Of a stretch of DNA of 64,000 nt, positions 45,230-58,087 are shown in pieces. Positions within the stretch are counted from its first letter, which is position 1. The number at the start of each line of letters is the position of its first letter. The notes beneath the pieces are model-generated. The model was given only the letters and a program-made list of their open reading frames with translations, did not search any database and was not told the DNA's origin. The position numbers were made by a program, and so were the translations under genes. The stretch is taken from assembly GCA_964016885.1 (NCBI GenBank), contig OZ024742.1:48298001-48362000 (forward strand), read 5' to 3'. The DNA comes from Eledone cirrhosa (taxonomy: Eukaryota).

Positions 45230-46628
45230 ACTTTGATAGGTTTCGGTCAGTATTAGCCCAGGCCATATCTAACTTAATAGCACCACCTGGCTAAGTCTTA
45301 CAAATCAGTGTTTGGGCACCATGGCCCACTTGAGCAGAGAGTAATTGTTTACGGAGGCATATCCGGGTGTAGGAGGTTTATCCGGGATTTCTTGAAGGAA
45401 TTTATCCAAAGACTTCTTCAACTTGATGGGGTCTGTCTCTGCTTTGATTTGTTTTGGTGTAATGTTAAAGAGTGCAGGGCCAATTGAGGTGAAATAATTG
45501 TGCCGTAATGTTGTTATGTGATGCGAGTGGGATTTTTGTCGTGGGCGGATAGCACGGGCCCCAAGCCTTCGGTGTACACTAAAGGTGATGCCAACATCAT
45601 TTGGGCTAAGCTGATGGAATATTTTCCACATCATACAGATAATGTAGCACTCACGGCGACGTTGAAGAGAATAAAGTTTGAGCTTTTCTAATCGACCCCA
45701 ATATTCAAGGCCTGTCGTGCCAACTATCTTGTTTGTAATTGACCTTTGGGGTGCTTCAACTTTCATGATACTTTGTTTCGTGTGGAGTGACCACAGTGGA
45801 CAACAGTAGTCAAGGTAGGGTCGGGCAAAAGTGGAGAAGAGAAGGACAACAGTGTGTATATTTCTCGACTGGAAAGTTCTGAGAATCCAGGAACACATTC
45901 TGCGAGCCATATCAACTTTGCTTTTTATGGGTGGCCCAACTTATATTGTTGTCCACAATTACTCCCAGGTCTCTGATGTTATTGGAAGCCACTAGAATTT
46001 CACCCGAAGAAAGAGAGTATAGTAGTTTCAGGGCATCTTTTTTCGAAAGTGGATTAGTTCAAATATATCCTCATTCAATAGCATATTATTCATCTCTGCC
46101 CATTAGATAACAGCCAGTAGGTCTGGCTGAAGGCAAGTCCGGTCACCCACCTCATTGATGAGCTTGGAATCATCTGCGAAGATTCTGATGTTACTGTGTT
46201 TGATGATGTCAGTAATGTCATTAATGTAAATGATGAAAAGAAGTAGGCCAAACACAGAGCCTTGTGGGACAGCACTGCTGACTTTGGCAGGGCTTGATTT
46301 TACTCCTTCGACTACAACATGGTGGGTTCTGCCTGTCAGGAAACATTTGATCCACTGCAGTAACCTTCCAGAGACACCAACATTGGATAGTTTTTTCAGT
46401 AGAATCTTATGATCAACCCTGTCGAAAGCCTTGCTGAAATCAAGGTAGATGACATCAATGTTGGAGCCCAAGGCTCTCAAAACATCGTCAAAGTGATGCA
46501 ATAGCTGCGTTAGGCAGTCCCTTCATTTACAGAACTCATGTTGCTTGGAGTTCAGCCAGCCGTTGCATTGAAGAAAGTGGGTTATTCGTGATCTCACCAT
46601 CCTCTCAAATACCTTGATAATATGAGAT
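45230..46628 (-). pseudogene. 5'-truncated CR1-clade-like LINE (RT and 3' end)
   Basis: IYLDFSKAFDRVDH, VPQGSVFGLLLFIIYIND, IFADDSKL, RPYLDYCCPLWS, LYSLQRRRE; frameshifted. Confidence 0.9.
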
Positions 46629-46656
46629 ATATAATATGTATATATATATATATACC

Positions 46657-47607
46657 AGACATGAAAAATGCGCAAGCTCAAAAGTGCCACAGAATGCTAT
46701 AATAAACCTTCAAAAGTGTGGGACTAGAGTTGTTGCTAAAAAATATTGTAATCATTATATATCGTACATTCTGTGGCATCCTTTATAAAAATAGCTTAAA
46801 CCAACGAAGCCTTTATTTTTACGCTATTTCACTTAGTTAATTCTTAGAGTGTAACATATAAAAATATGATTTACAACTATAAAATAAATTAATTAATATA
46901 ATAACAGAGCTGCGGAGCTGAAATTTAGGAAATAATGGAGTATCGGATCCTGAGTTGGAGCCAGTCAATTTTTGGCCGACTCCGCAGCCCTGTATAATAC
47001 ATTTCATATTAAAGTTATTAATAAACCTATTTTACACTTCATGCAAATTACCACGAGATATTGATATTAGATATAAGATACAGCGCAATATCTACAGCTG
47101 TAAAAGTACGAAAGCGAAGTAATAATAAGTGGCTTAAGGTAATTCCAATATGAAAGTTTGTAGTGATAAAAATTTGATAATGCAATACGATTGTTAATAT
47201 TATAGTTCTATGAAAATGTAACAATAGATAACTAAATTATTTTACTATTAGTATATTTAAGAAATTATCATTATAGATTTGATCGTTCATATAAGCATCA
47301 TATTAAGTTTCAACACAATTATTTTGTTACTATGAGTATTTGATAATAATATTACGTAATTATTTATAGCTGTTATTACATTAAACATAGATGTATTTAT
47401 TTTTATATGTTACACTCTAAGAATTAACTAAGTGAAATAGCGTAAAAATAAAGGCTTCGTTGGTTTAAGCTATTTTTATAAAGGATGCCACAGAATGTAC
47501 GATATATAATGATTACAATATTTTTTAGCAACAACTCTAGTCCCACACTTTTGAAGGTTTATTATAACATTCTGTGGCACTTTTGAGCTTGCGCATTTTT
47601 CATGTCT
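46657..47607. repeat. Fold-back segment with ~210-bp near-perfect inverted arms (46657-46866 / 47398-47607)
   Basis: AGACATGAAAAATGCGCAAGCTC... and its reverse complement. Confidence 0.9.
46905..46992. mobile_element. 88-bp hAT-type MITE
   Basis: Termini CAGAGCTGCGGAG / CTCCGCAGCCCTG; flanks TATAATAA / TATAATAC (7/8 match, 8-bp TSD-like). Confidence 0.65.
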
Positions 47608-48164
47608 AGATTAATATTTTTTTAAGGCAACGCTTGTAATAACTCTAGTTAAACAGGATATATATTAATAATAAATTATCGTTGTAATGTAATTAGATTA
47701 TGTAATTGTTATTATAAATTATCTTATAAATATTAGTGTAAGATGTATAAAAATATTTTCAGACTTTTAATATAAACAACTACAAAAAACAATCAATATT
47801 AAATCAATATATTATACATAATAGAAAACATAAAATATACAATACAAAAACAAAATATTTACATACAATTGCAATTATCAGTGTATATACATTTTCTTTA
47901 TATTCCCTGAGCAAATTAATAAGATTTGTTTTTATTGTACATAATTTGATGACTTGTTGGAGTGTATTAAAAGATAGCAACAATTTGTGATTAAATTGTT
48001 ATCTTAAGCAACTCACTTTTTAATAGTTGTTGGCTGAGCGAAATTGTAAAAGCCTATGAGCAAATATAAAAAAAAATACACAAACAACATTTCCTTGTGT
48101 TATTACAACATTAGATAAAATAATTGAGCAATGTCGTTATATTTTGCTCTTATTGCACATTAAT

Positions 48165-48335
48165 AGTGTTTCTATTTTTCGGCACAAATCCATTACGGCA
48201 GTCCATTACTGGTACTTTATTTTATCGAATTAGTAAGTATGAAAGTCGAAGTTAACCTCGGCAGGATTTGAACTTAGAATGCAAAGGACCATAACAATAC
48301 TGCAAAGCATGGTGTCTGACGCTCTACCAATACTT
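48165..48335 (-). mobile_element. tRNA-derived SINE, family A (diverged); further partial copies at 49135-49185, 51840-52030 and 52054-52160
   Basis: TTACTGGTACTTTATTTTATCG...GTTAACCTCGGCAGGATTTGAACT. Confidence 0.75.
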
Positions 48336-48727
48336 GTGTTGAGCTGGTCATTAATTTATGGTGGTCGTGCGTGGAGTAGAGCAATCGCTAGTTGAAATAT
48401 TATGAACAAAACATTTTTATTTGCCGAAGAACATATTTTCAATACTGTTTGTGAATGTGACGAAGGAAATACATTCTGATATGGAACAGTGTACAAAGTG
48501 TGTCTGTGAATAACATAATGTTACCTCATGTTGTTGTCAAGACATAATGGATTTCGTATATCCAGTTAGAAGATGAAACCTAGCCATCTCGGATTAGTTA
48601 TATTTCATGCCATGTGTAAACGTGTTTGAGGATAGCAAAATATGCGCGTTAATTATAATAATTAGTTAATAATATTACAAAATATACCTAATTAAACTCT
48701 TTGCTTGAAATTTTATCATTCTTCGTT

Positions 48728-48758
<31 letters not shown>

Positions 48759-49387
48759 GGAGAGAGAGAGAGATTTATCTAGTCCTTCGCTCAAGATTAA
48801 TCTATAAGTTTAGATGTTTGCCTTCGTTTAAGTAAATATTACAGTAAGATTTTTAATATAAACAACTACAAAAAACGATTAATATTAAAACGAAAAAATT
48901 ATCAATGATAAAAGAAGCGGATGCAACTTTTTTTTTTATAAAGTTATATTCCTGTTTCTTTAAAGAACATTTCATTTTTGTTCTATTGTAGGCGAAATAA
49001 TGCAATGGTTTAATAGGGAAGATATAACTTACCAATTATGTCTCTAACCGTGTAACGCTTTTTAAGTAGATAACTACAATTGAAAATACTAAAGAAATGG
49101 AACCAACAATTCAATTTGAAAGTCGTCTAGTGACAGTGTATTACTGGTACTTTATTTTATCGACCCCGTAACGATGAAAGGCAAAAATGCAAATGCTTAA
49201 AATTTAAATTGCCTTAATTCTATCGTCTGCTGTTTCATTAAAGGGAGATTCTCGTCTGTATTTAATTCTATCGTCTACTGTTCCACTAAACAGATATACC
49301 TCCACTATCGTCTCTATTTATACATTTTAACTTATAACTTATACACATTTGATTTGAAATATTTTATCTAGTCCCCCCTCTCAATAT

Positions 49388-49431
49388 TATGATGATTTCT
49401 TTCGAATGAAACAGTTCTAGTCCTGTAGAAG
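49388..49431 (+). ncRNA. Degenerate hammerhead of the 28113 family
   Basis: ATGATGA-TTTCTTTCGAAT-GAAA-CAGTTCTAGTCCTG-TA-GAA; C3 is mutated and stem I is poor. Confidence 0.55.
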
Positions 49432-50903
49432 CCATTTATATATATAATTGAACTGAGTTAAAAATTCACAATATTTATAATTAAATAAGCTCATATATAT
49501 ATGTATGTATTTATCTGTTTATTGTATTATATATAATGTGTGTATATACAGGATGTCCCCCAAAAATATATACACACTTCAACAGCATTCTAATAACTAT
49601 TGCCTGTACAGGTAATCAAAGTGTCAATCGAATGTTAGTTTCGTGTTTTAACAGTACAAATTTACAATACACACATAAAACCAGTGTATATACATACATG
49701 AGTGTGTATACACATACATGAATGTGTATATACAATATATATGTATATATATATATAGACACATATATTCACGGTGCAACGGTACATTAAAATATAGATG
49801 CAGGAGAGGGGGGGGGGTGTATATATAGGGGCGCTGGGGATAAAGGAGTGTAAAGCGTGTGTAATTGATATATTGAAGGAGAGGAGCGTGCAGCGATAGA
49901 GTAACAAATATATAGAGAGGGGGAGAGATGGTATTGAAGGGGAGGAGTGCAAAGCGAAAGAGTAAGAGATATATATAGAGACGGAACAGATAGAGAGAAA
50001 CAGGCGTAAGTAACAGTGGAAGAGATATAGAGAGAGGTACTCTGATTGGTTGAAAATTAGCCAATGACATACGATCACCACCACCACGGCTATCCCCGAA
50101 AAATTTTTAAAGAAGCTAGGCATATATGTTAGAACACGAAAAGTGAACATTCTGCTGTTTCACACTTTTCGTGTTCTAACAGATATAAGTATAACAATAT
50201 TTATTTCGACACACGATTTCATATCAAAAACCTTGCAAAACCAATTCATCGCCGTCTGACGAAGGACTAATTTTATCATATGTAACCTATGTGCAACCAC
50301 GCAGTATTCTTCTTTCTTCTCATGTTTTTTATATATATTTACCTCGGCTGCGTTTGTCTGTTTCTCTCTTACTGCTTCCCCGTTCTCTCTGTTACCCTCA
50401 CCTTCTTTAGCCCCCTCTGTCAGTTACACTTTCTCTCGACTGACTTCTTCCTCGCACTTCCACTCACTCACTCTCTGTTTCTCCCCTTCTCACTTCCTCC
50501 CGTTTGGCTAGTAGTGGGTTCTCTTCTTGCTGACATCTCACTCACGTCGGACGGTCTGTATCTTGATCGCTCATGAAATCCAGCCAGCTTATGCTGACCG
50601 GATAACCATGTTGCTTGTTTATTCCCATCTTTGCGTTGCTTTCATCCTTCTATGTTGTTTACTTGTCTCCCTCGCTTTACACGATTTACTTGTCCCAATA
50701 ACTTTTTTTAGTTATTGCTCGCACCAACCTGAGGTATATGATATTTAATGCGATGAAATATCAATGATGGTTGGCAAATCACTGACGAAGGACTAATTTT
50801 ATCATATGTAACCCATGTGCAACCACGCAGTATTCTTCTTTATTCTCATGTTTTATATATATACCAGTCGGTAGGCTGGAACAGGTAAAAGAGTAAAAGT
50901 GTA

Positions 50904-50961
<58 letters not shown>

Positions 50962-51071
50962 AAATACACCCACACACACATTACACACAAATATATGTAT
51001 ATATATATATAATATATATATATATGTATATATATATTATATATATATGTATATATATATATGTATATACA

Positions 51072-51123
<52 letters not shown>

Positions 51124-51224
51124 TGTAATAAACAACATAAGGCAATCTATTACATAACTATTAAGCTCTGTTACCTACATAGAGCACTCTTTTTTCCTGG
51201 ACTTTTCCGACGGAATTACTTCAT

Positions 51225-51351
<127 letters not shown>

Positions 51352-52314
51352 CAACTACATGGGTAACTAAATATTAAGAGAATTATGTTGATAATTAAAA
51401 TAAAATGCGTTTGTGCAAATACTACTATACTCTCTTTCCCTGTCTTTCTTTCACACTTCGCCACATGTAATTCAATCATTGTTTTTAAGAGGATTCACCG
51501 GGTACAAAATTAATTTCATGCTGAGTATGTATATTTGTTAGTGCACAACACCAAACGCAATACGAAGAGGGAGCGACGGGAAGCATGGAAGCTGTGTTTG
51601 TTGGTAGAAAACATAGATATTTAAATATCTGTGTATTGTGAATTTACATGAAGGTGAAACGCGGGGAAGGAAACATTCATGGTAATGTTTGTAAATAGCT
51701 ATCTTTTATTGTGGTTGAGTAGATAATAGTAGAGGTACTACTGATAGTGGAGTTATTATTAGTAACAATTTAAGGAGTTGTGTGACGCCAAATTTTCTAT
51801 TCTTATTTCATTTTGTTTTATTATTTCAAACAATGAGGGCGGTGGATTGCACATCGGTTTGGTGTCAAACAGGCTTTGCGCCATATAGTTACGGCTCTTT
51901 ACATTCTGGGTTCGTATTCCACCGAGATTAGCTTTAGCTTCATGCTTACAAAGCCGATAAAATAAAACAACAGTCACGCAATGCGGTCGGCCCTTCATCA
52001 TGCCCCAACATTGCTGGTCAAGCGCCTAAATGAAGAAAACATTATTTCGTATCCGAGGTGGTTAACTTTGCCTTTCATCCTTAGGGGGTCGATAAAATAA
52101 AGTACCAGTAATGTACTGGGTAATTGCGGGCCTTGTGCCAATAGTAGAAACAATTATTTCGTATCATATTTAAGCGACACACGCTGCATGGATTAAATTA
52201 TCACAAAGGAGCATTCACTACATTTTTGATAACAATTGTTAGGATGGTTTGTCATTATATCCCATAACATTGATTGTTGACGCCAACACTCTGACATATA
52301 TATATGTCAGGGTG

Positions 52315-52380
<66 letters not shown>

Positions 52381-52750
52381 TTATTTATATATAAATATAT
52401 ATACATATATACTGTATATGCCGGCGTACAAATCGACATTTGGAGCCTAAATATATCTCTCCAAAACCAGGATCGACTTGTCTGCCGAATATAAAATTTG
52501 AATCATTACCATTGATGAGTAAACAGTGAAATTGCCTGCCTAACACTCTTGGTACACCACTTACCATAACAATTATTTTCTACTGATTCTCATATTTGTT
52601 AATTTTATCTAACGTAGAGATTATAATAGGGCTGGGAAGATGGCACTGACTTATGTTTGTGTCGTGGGGGCGTATTGTCCGCCCAATATAAGCCTAACTT
52701 TAATTACCCCTTAGAACTTTAGGTATCGACCTAGGCACCGGATATATATA

Positions 52751-52822
<72 letters not shown>

Positions 52823-52942
52823 CATATATATGCGTATATATACACACATATATATATACATTTATATATATATACATATACATATATATATCTATCTATA
52901 TATACACATATATATATGTATATATACACATACATATAAATG

Positions 52943-52983
<41 letters not shown>

Positions 52984-53021
52984 AGTAAGAATATTTTCGA
53001 AACAGCGAGTGGATTTGAAAT

Positions 53022-53260
53022 TATTAGAAATTTTAGCTATCGCCGTGTTTTGACTAAAGAAATTAAAGAAATTATTTAGCCTGATAGTGGGTTTAAGAAG
53101 CCTCGGGGAAATGGAAAAATAAAAGTATTGACGTACATGTCCCATTTACGTCAATACTCATCTTTTTCCATTTCTCCGTGGGTTCTTAACACCACTATCA
53201 GACTAAATAATTTCTTTAATTTCTCTAGTCAAAATACGGCGATAGCTAACATTTCTAATA
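53022..53260. repeat. ~115-bp-arm hairpin (imperfect inverted repeat, ~11-nt loop) between (TA)n tracts
   Basis: ...AGTATTGACGTA catgtcccatt TACGTCAATACT...; the arms pair outward to TATTAGAAA/TTTCTAATA. Confidence 0.85.
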
Positions 53261-53342
53261 ATATATATATATATGTATATATACACATACATATAAATCT
53301 ATACGTATATATATATATATATATATATATACGTATATATAC

Positions 53343-53402
<60 letters not shown>

Positions 53403-53556
53403 ATATATCTATATGTATATTGTATATATATATGTATATATGTATATATATATGTGTGTGTGTACATATGCATATATCTATATATCTATCTATATATATA
53501 TATATATACACACATACATATATATGTATATATATATATAGAGAGAGAGAGATACG

Positions 53557-53680
53557 TGAAGGCGTGTGGCTGAGTGGTTAGAGAATTGGATTCGCAATCG
53601 TAAGGTTGTGAGTTCGATTCCTGGACCAGGCGATGCGTTATGTCCTTGAGCGAGACACTTTATTTCACGTTGCTCCTTCT
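53557..53680 (+). mobile_element. tRNA-derived SINE, family B
   Basis: GAAGGCGTGTGGCTGAGTGG...GAGTTCGATTCC...TGTCCTTGAGCGAGACACTTTATTTCACGTTGCTCC. Confidence 0.8.
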
Positions 53681-54498
53681 ACCTGTAGTTGCGACCGATA
53701 GATAGTATTAGCAATTGGAAAGACAAACGGAAACATTGTTCCCTCGGTCCGATTTGACGAAAGTCGATCGTTCCTCTATATATAGATACATATGTATATA
53801 TATATATATATACATATATACATATATATATATATAAAAAAATAAGTGTGTGTGTGGTGAATGTATATGCAGACGTTCGTATATACTTGCGGGTAAATCG
53901 TCATTGGAATACGTTTTGTCCCCAGGGAGAAAAACGTATTCCAATGACGGAGGAATAGACACGATGGTTATCTATAATGTGTTATTGCATACATGACTTA
54001 CTGCCACAATACATGGGGTGTGTAAAACTGCTGTTTATATGGCTGTAGATGTGATACGATCTTTGATAACGAAATTATCCTAACGACTCTCAAATTGTTA
54101 GTCCAAAATAAATCGAGGTATACATCTCTCTGCATTTGGACATATATGTATTTATTGTATATTTCGACTGATTAGTTAAGGATATGTTATAGACTGAATA
54201 ATCTATCCATATAAGCACTGATTATACGCATTCCTATCTCCATGGCATTGGTGATAAAATATTTAGTAGCGTATCTGTTATTGATAAATATTGTATGCAC
54301 CTGTGATAAAACACCGATAAGGTGCAATAAATGATTAAGGCAGTTTATCCATGTGTGACTTGTAAGAATAATGACGATATGTTTCCATATCAATAAAATC
54401 AATGCGCGGAATTCGTGCAGTCCCAGTTATACGATTTCTGCATTTGTAGAACTATGTATATATCGTATGTTGTTGGTGCTTTGGGGATAATGTATATA

Positions 54499-54569
<71 letters not shown>

Positions 54570-55119
54570 TCAGAATATACATAACATCACAATGAAAAGA
54601 GATCACTAAAAATAATATCATTCAGAGAATGTCTTATACAATATCACTGTAGAAGCATCTCTCCCTGGGGACAAAACATTTTATCCTCACTGCAGTTTCA
54701 ATGTCTAAAAAGATTAACGTATAGCCTTTCAATAAATTGATATAGCCATAGTTAACAGAATGCATCTCTCATCAGAGGATTAATTCTGTAAGGTGGAAGA
54801 ACGTAAAAAATATATAGGCCCGTTAATAGAGTAGGGTTCATTGAAGAAGCATGGATTAAATAATAAGCGCCTCAGGAATTTTAACAGAAAGAACTAGCTT
54901 AAAGAAGGTCAAGTATGTAACATCAGATCAAGTACCTAGCTCTGCTAGATCCATTCATAGTCTTCCTCAGAAATAATGAAATATCATTTTTATTTGCACA
55001 ATGTATATATAGGGATATATAATAGGGATATATAATAGGGAAATATAATAGGGAAATATAATAAGGAAATATAATAGGGAAAATGAAATAAATAATAAAG
55101 GATGAAATAATCAAAGATT

Positions 55120-55187
<68 letters not shown>

Positions 55188-55308
55188 ACATGCATACACA
55201 TGCACACATGCATGCACACACACACGTGCACACACACACACTATATATATATATATATATATATCTTTCTATCTATCTATCTATCTATGAACCTATCTAT
55301 CTATCTAG

Positions 55309-55374
<66 letters not shown>

Positions 55375-55564
55375 ATACTTGGGGAGGGTCATATTTTTGT
55401 AATATTGCCAGAATTAATAACAGAACACACTCACTGTTTGGTTGGTTTTCGCCTCTCGCTGTCTTTTATATCTGCGATCTAACTCAATCGGTCCCCAAGT
55501 ATAACAATATTTGTTTCGACACACGATTTCATATAAAAAACCTCGCTAAACTAATTCATCGCCG

Positions 55565-55600
<36 letters not shown>

Positions 55601-55956
55601 AGTTTGCTTAGATGATTCTTCGGTTTCCATAATATATATATATATATACCCAGGGTGTGAAACGTGATTTTATTTTAGCTTCACCCAGGTGAGCAATTCG
55701 ATGTTGCGATTCACGTCTGCCACGAGGTGTAGGGCTAAACAGAGTGTAACTATAACAATACAAGAACGATTTGTTATGTCTTCATTACGTTTATTGACTG
55801 GTGAAGCGCGTTTCACTATTGATCAGCTCAAGATTCGACCCCTATTGATCTGGCCCTACTCTAGAATTAAAAGCTCGTCGGACCTCTGGTGTGGTAATAC
55901 ATACATACATACATACACACACACACGCACACACACACACTCACACACACATACCC

Positions 55957-56042
<86 letters not shown>

Positions 56043-56719
56043 TATCTCATACCAATATATATCTGTGCATGTGTGCATGAATCTAATTATTCATATACCT
56101 ATATCTGTAAATATTTTTGGATGGCGGATTTGAAAACGTTGTTTATCGCGACGCCATAAAAAAAACAATATTTAGTATACGTACATCACATTCAATCATA
56201 ATGAATGATAAAATTTTAAAGTCGTCCATTGTCTGTCTTGGCAGGATAATGTATGATATATAATGACATCAGCAGTCTAAACCACATTTTATATATGTGT
56301 GTACTTGTGGGGACGGAATACGTGAGAATATGTATGTGTGAGAGTGTGTTTTAAATTAATGGCTTCATTAAATGAGAACCAATAATCATGGTGTACTTTA
56401 CAAATACTTTATAGATTTATGAGATAGAATTACATAAATCAAAATTTCAAGTAAATACATTTTAATCGTTGACATATAAGGACAGTCTTTATTCGACCAG
56501 AGAAGTAGTTCGTACATTAATAGTATCTTAAATAAATTAAAACCTCGACCTAGACAGAGTAATTTTATTTCAATTTATTTAAATATTATATTATCTTTGG
56601 GAATTGCAAGCCAATACAATTGCACATGTATATAATCATGCACACACACACCACACAAGTATATATGTATGTATTTATATATATATATATATATATATAA
56701 GTATGTATACGTACATACA

Positions 56720-56900
56720 TGGTGGCTGCCAACTCGTTTTCGAGTACGGCCACTACTTTATATCCATGTAGGAGAACCCCTACCGATGCGCTGAACGAGT
56801 GTGACTTTTTAGTCCAGCCAGCGACTTGAAAACTCTTGTACAAACACTACACTTGTGACAATTATTGACACATAGTGCTGGGCCCATGGTACCATGTGAT
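56720..56900 (-). pseudogene. RTE-type LINE 3' end with C2H2 zinc finger remnant
   Basis: HKCSVCTRVFKSLAGLKSHTRSAH* followed by a short 3' UTR and a microsatellite tail. Confidence 0.6.
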
Positions 56901-57316
56901 GACAAGTGCAGAGAGATCTCCAGATATAAAGCAATGCCTGTGCCGTAAAGTTTTATAGTGAGCAAAGGCACTGCACAAAGCCAGTCCCACTCTCTTAACC
57001 AAGATGATATTTACCAAAAAGAAGAACAAGTCAACATCATTGGATACCATCAGGGTTGCAGCTGTTATATCAGAGTTTTCCTTCTCCTAGAATTCTGCCT
57101 TGACAAAGGCTAAGGGGTCATCTCTCCCAGTGATTTTAGATGGCCATTGACTCTTAAGAGCTCCTTTGCCCTTTGACAGGTTTTGTTTTTAGTCCTGCAG
57201 GATGTCCAACATATGTCCGTACATACATATATGTATACATACGTACATACATATATGTATACAGCCGTAGTGTCCAGCAACCATCGTTGCTCGTTTGTTC
57301 AACACTGACAAAGGAA

Positions 57317-57357
57317 CGCTGTACTAGTTTCAAGCTTATTAGCTATCGTCAGCAACG
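57317..57357 (-). ncRNA. Minimal type I hammerhead, intact
   Basis: RC: CGTTG-CTGACGA-TAGCTAATAAGCTT-GAAA-CTAG-TA-CAGCG. Confidence 0.85.
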
Positions 57358-57751
57358 CATACCTTCCTGCCAGATTGTTGAACGTATATACTTACAAACA
57401 TCCCGTATTAATACGGCTTATGTTACAGGATGTTTGTTTACAAACACTCCGAGCATTATAATAAATGTTCAGTGAATCCATACGTACATATATATATATG
57501 TGTGAATGTATGTATATATATATATACACACACTACTGTACGTCTGTATACATATATGTATGTGAGTATACATACTTATATTTAAGTTACAGCCGTACTA
57601 AGAGTGGGAAATGAAATTTCGTTTCATTTTTTCCGTTTATCGTTTTCGGTGCACCCGGCCGATTAACCCACTCGATATGCAAATTGGGCTACTCAGCCGT
57701 TAATATGCATAAGGTAAGTATATACGTTCAACAATCTGGCAGGAAGGTATA

Positions 57752-57792
57752 CGTTGCTGACGATAGCTATTAAGCTTGAAACTACTACAGCG
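57752..57792 (+). ncRNA. Minimal hammerhead, stem III palindrome mutated
   Basis: CGTTG-CTGACGA-TAGCTATTAAGCTT-GAAA-CTAC-TA-CAGCG. Confidence 0.7.
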
Positions 57793-58017
57793 TTCCTTTG
57801 TCAGTGTATAACAAGCGAGCAACGATGGTTGCTGGACACTACGGCTTAATACGGGATGTTTGTTTACAAACACACCGAGCATTATAATAAATGTTCGGTG
57901 AATCCCTACGTACATATATATAGGTGTGTATGTATGTGTATATATATATACATACTACTGTAGCCTGTATACATATATGTATGTACGTGTACATACTTAT
58001 ATATATATATATATATG

Positions 58018-58084
<67 letters not shown>

Positions 58085-58087
<3 letters not shown>

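Larger units (their letters stand above)
57213..57998. repeat. Divergent subfamily of the ~445-bp HHR repeat in inverted arrangement
   Basis: 57213-57390 has the same orientation as the 4.3-6.7 kb array; 57395-57998 is about 1.3 inverted units. Confidence 0.9.

Noticed and set aside
49545-49585. TA-CAGGATGTCC as a Tc1/mariner terminal inverted repeat
   Set aside because: No partner TIR or transposase was found; too short to support the call.
56780-56971. C2H2 zinc-finger host gene
   Set aside because: Single finger directly before a stop with no TGEKP linker, followed by a microsatellite tail; fits an RTE LINE C-terminus better.
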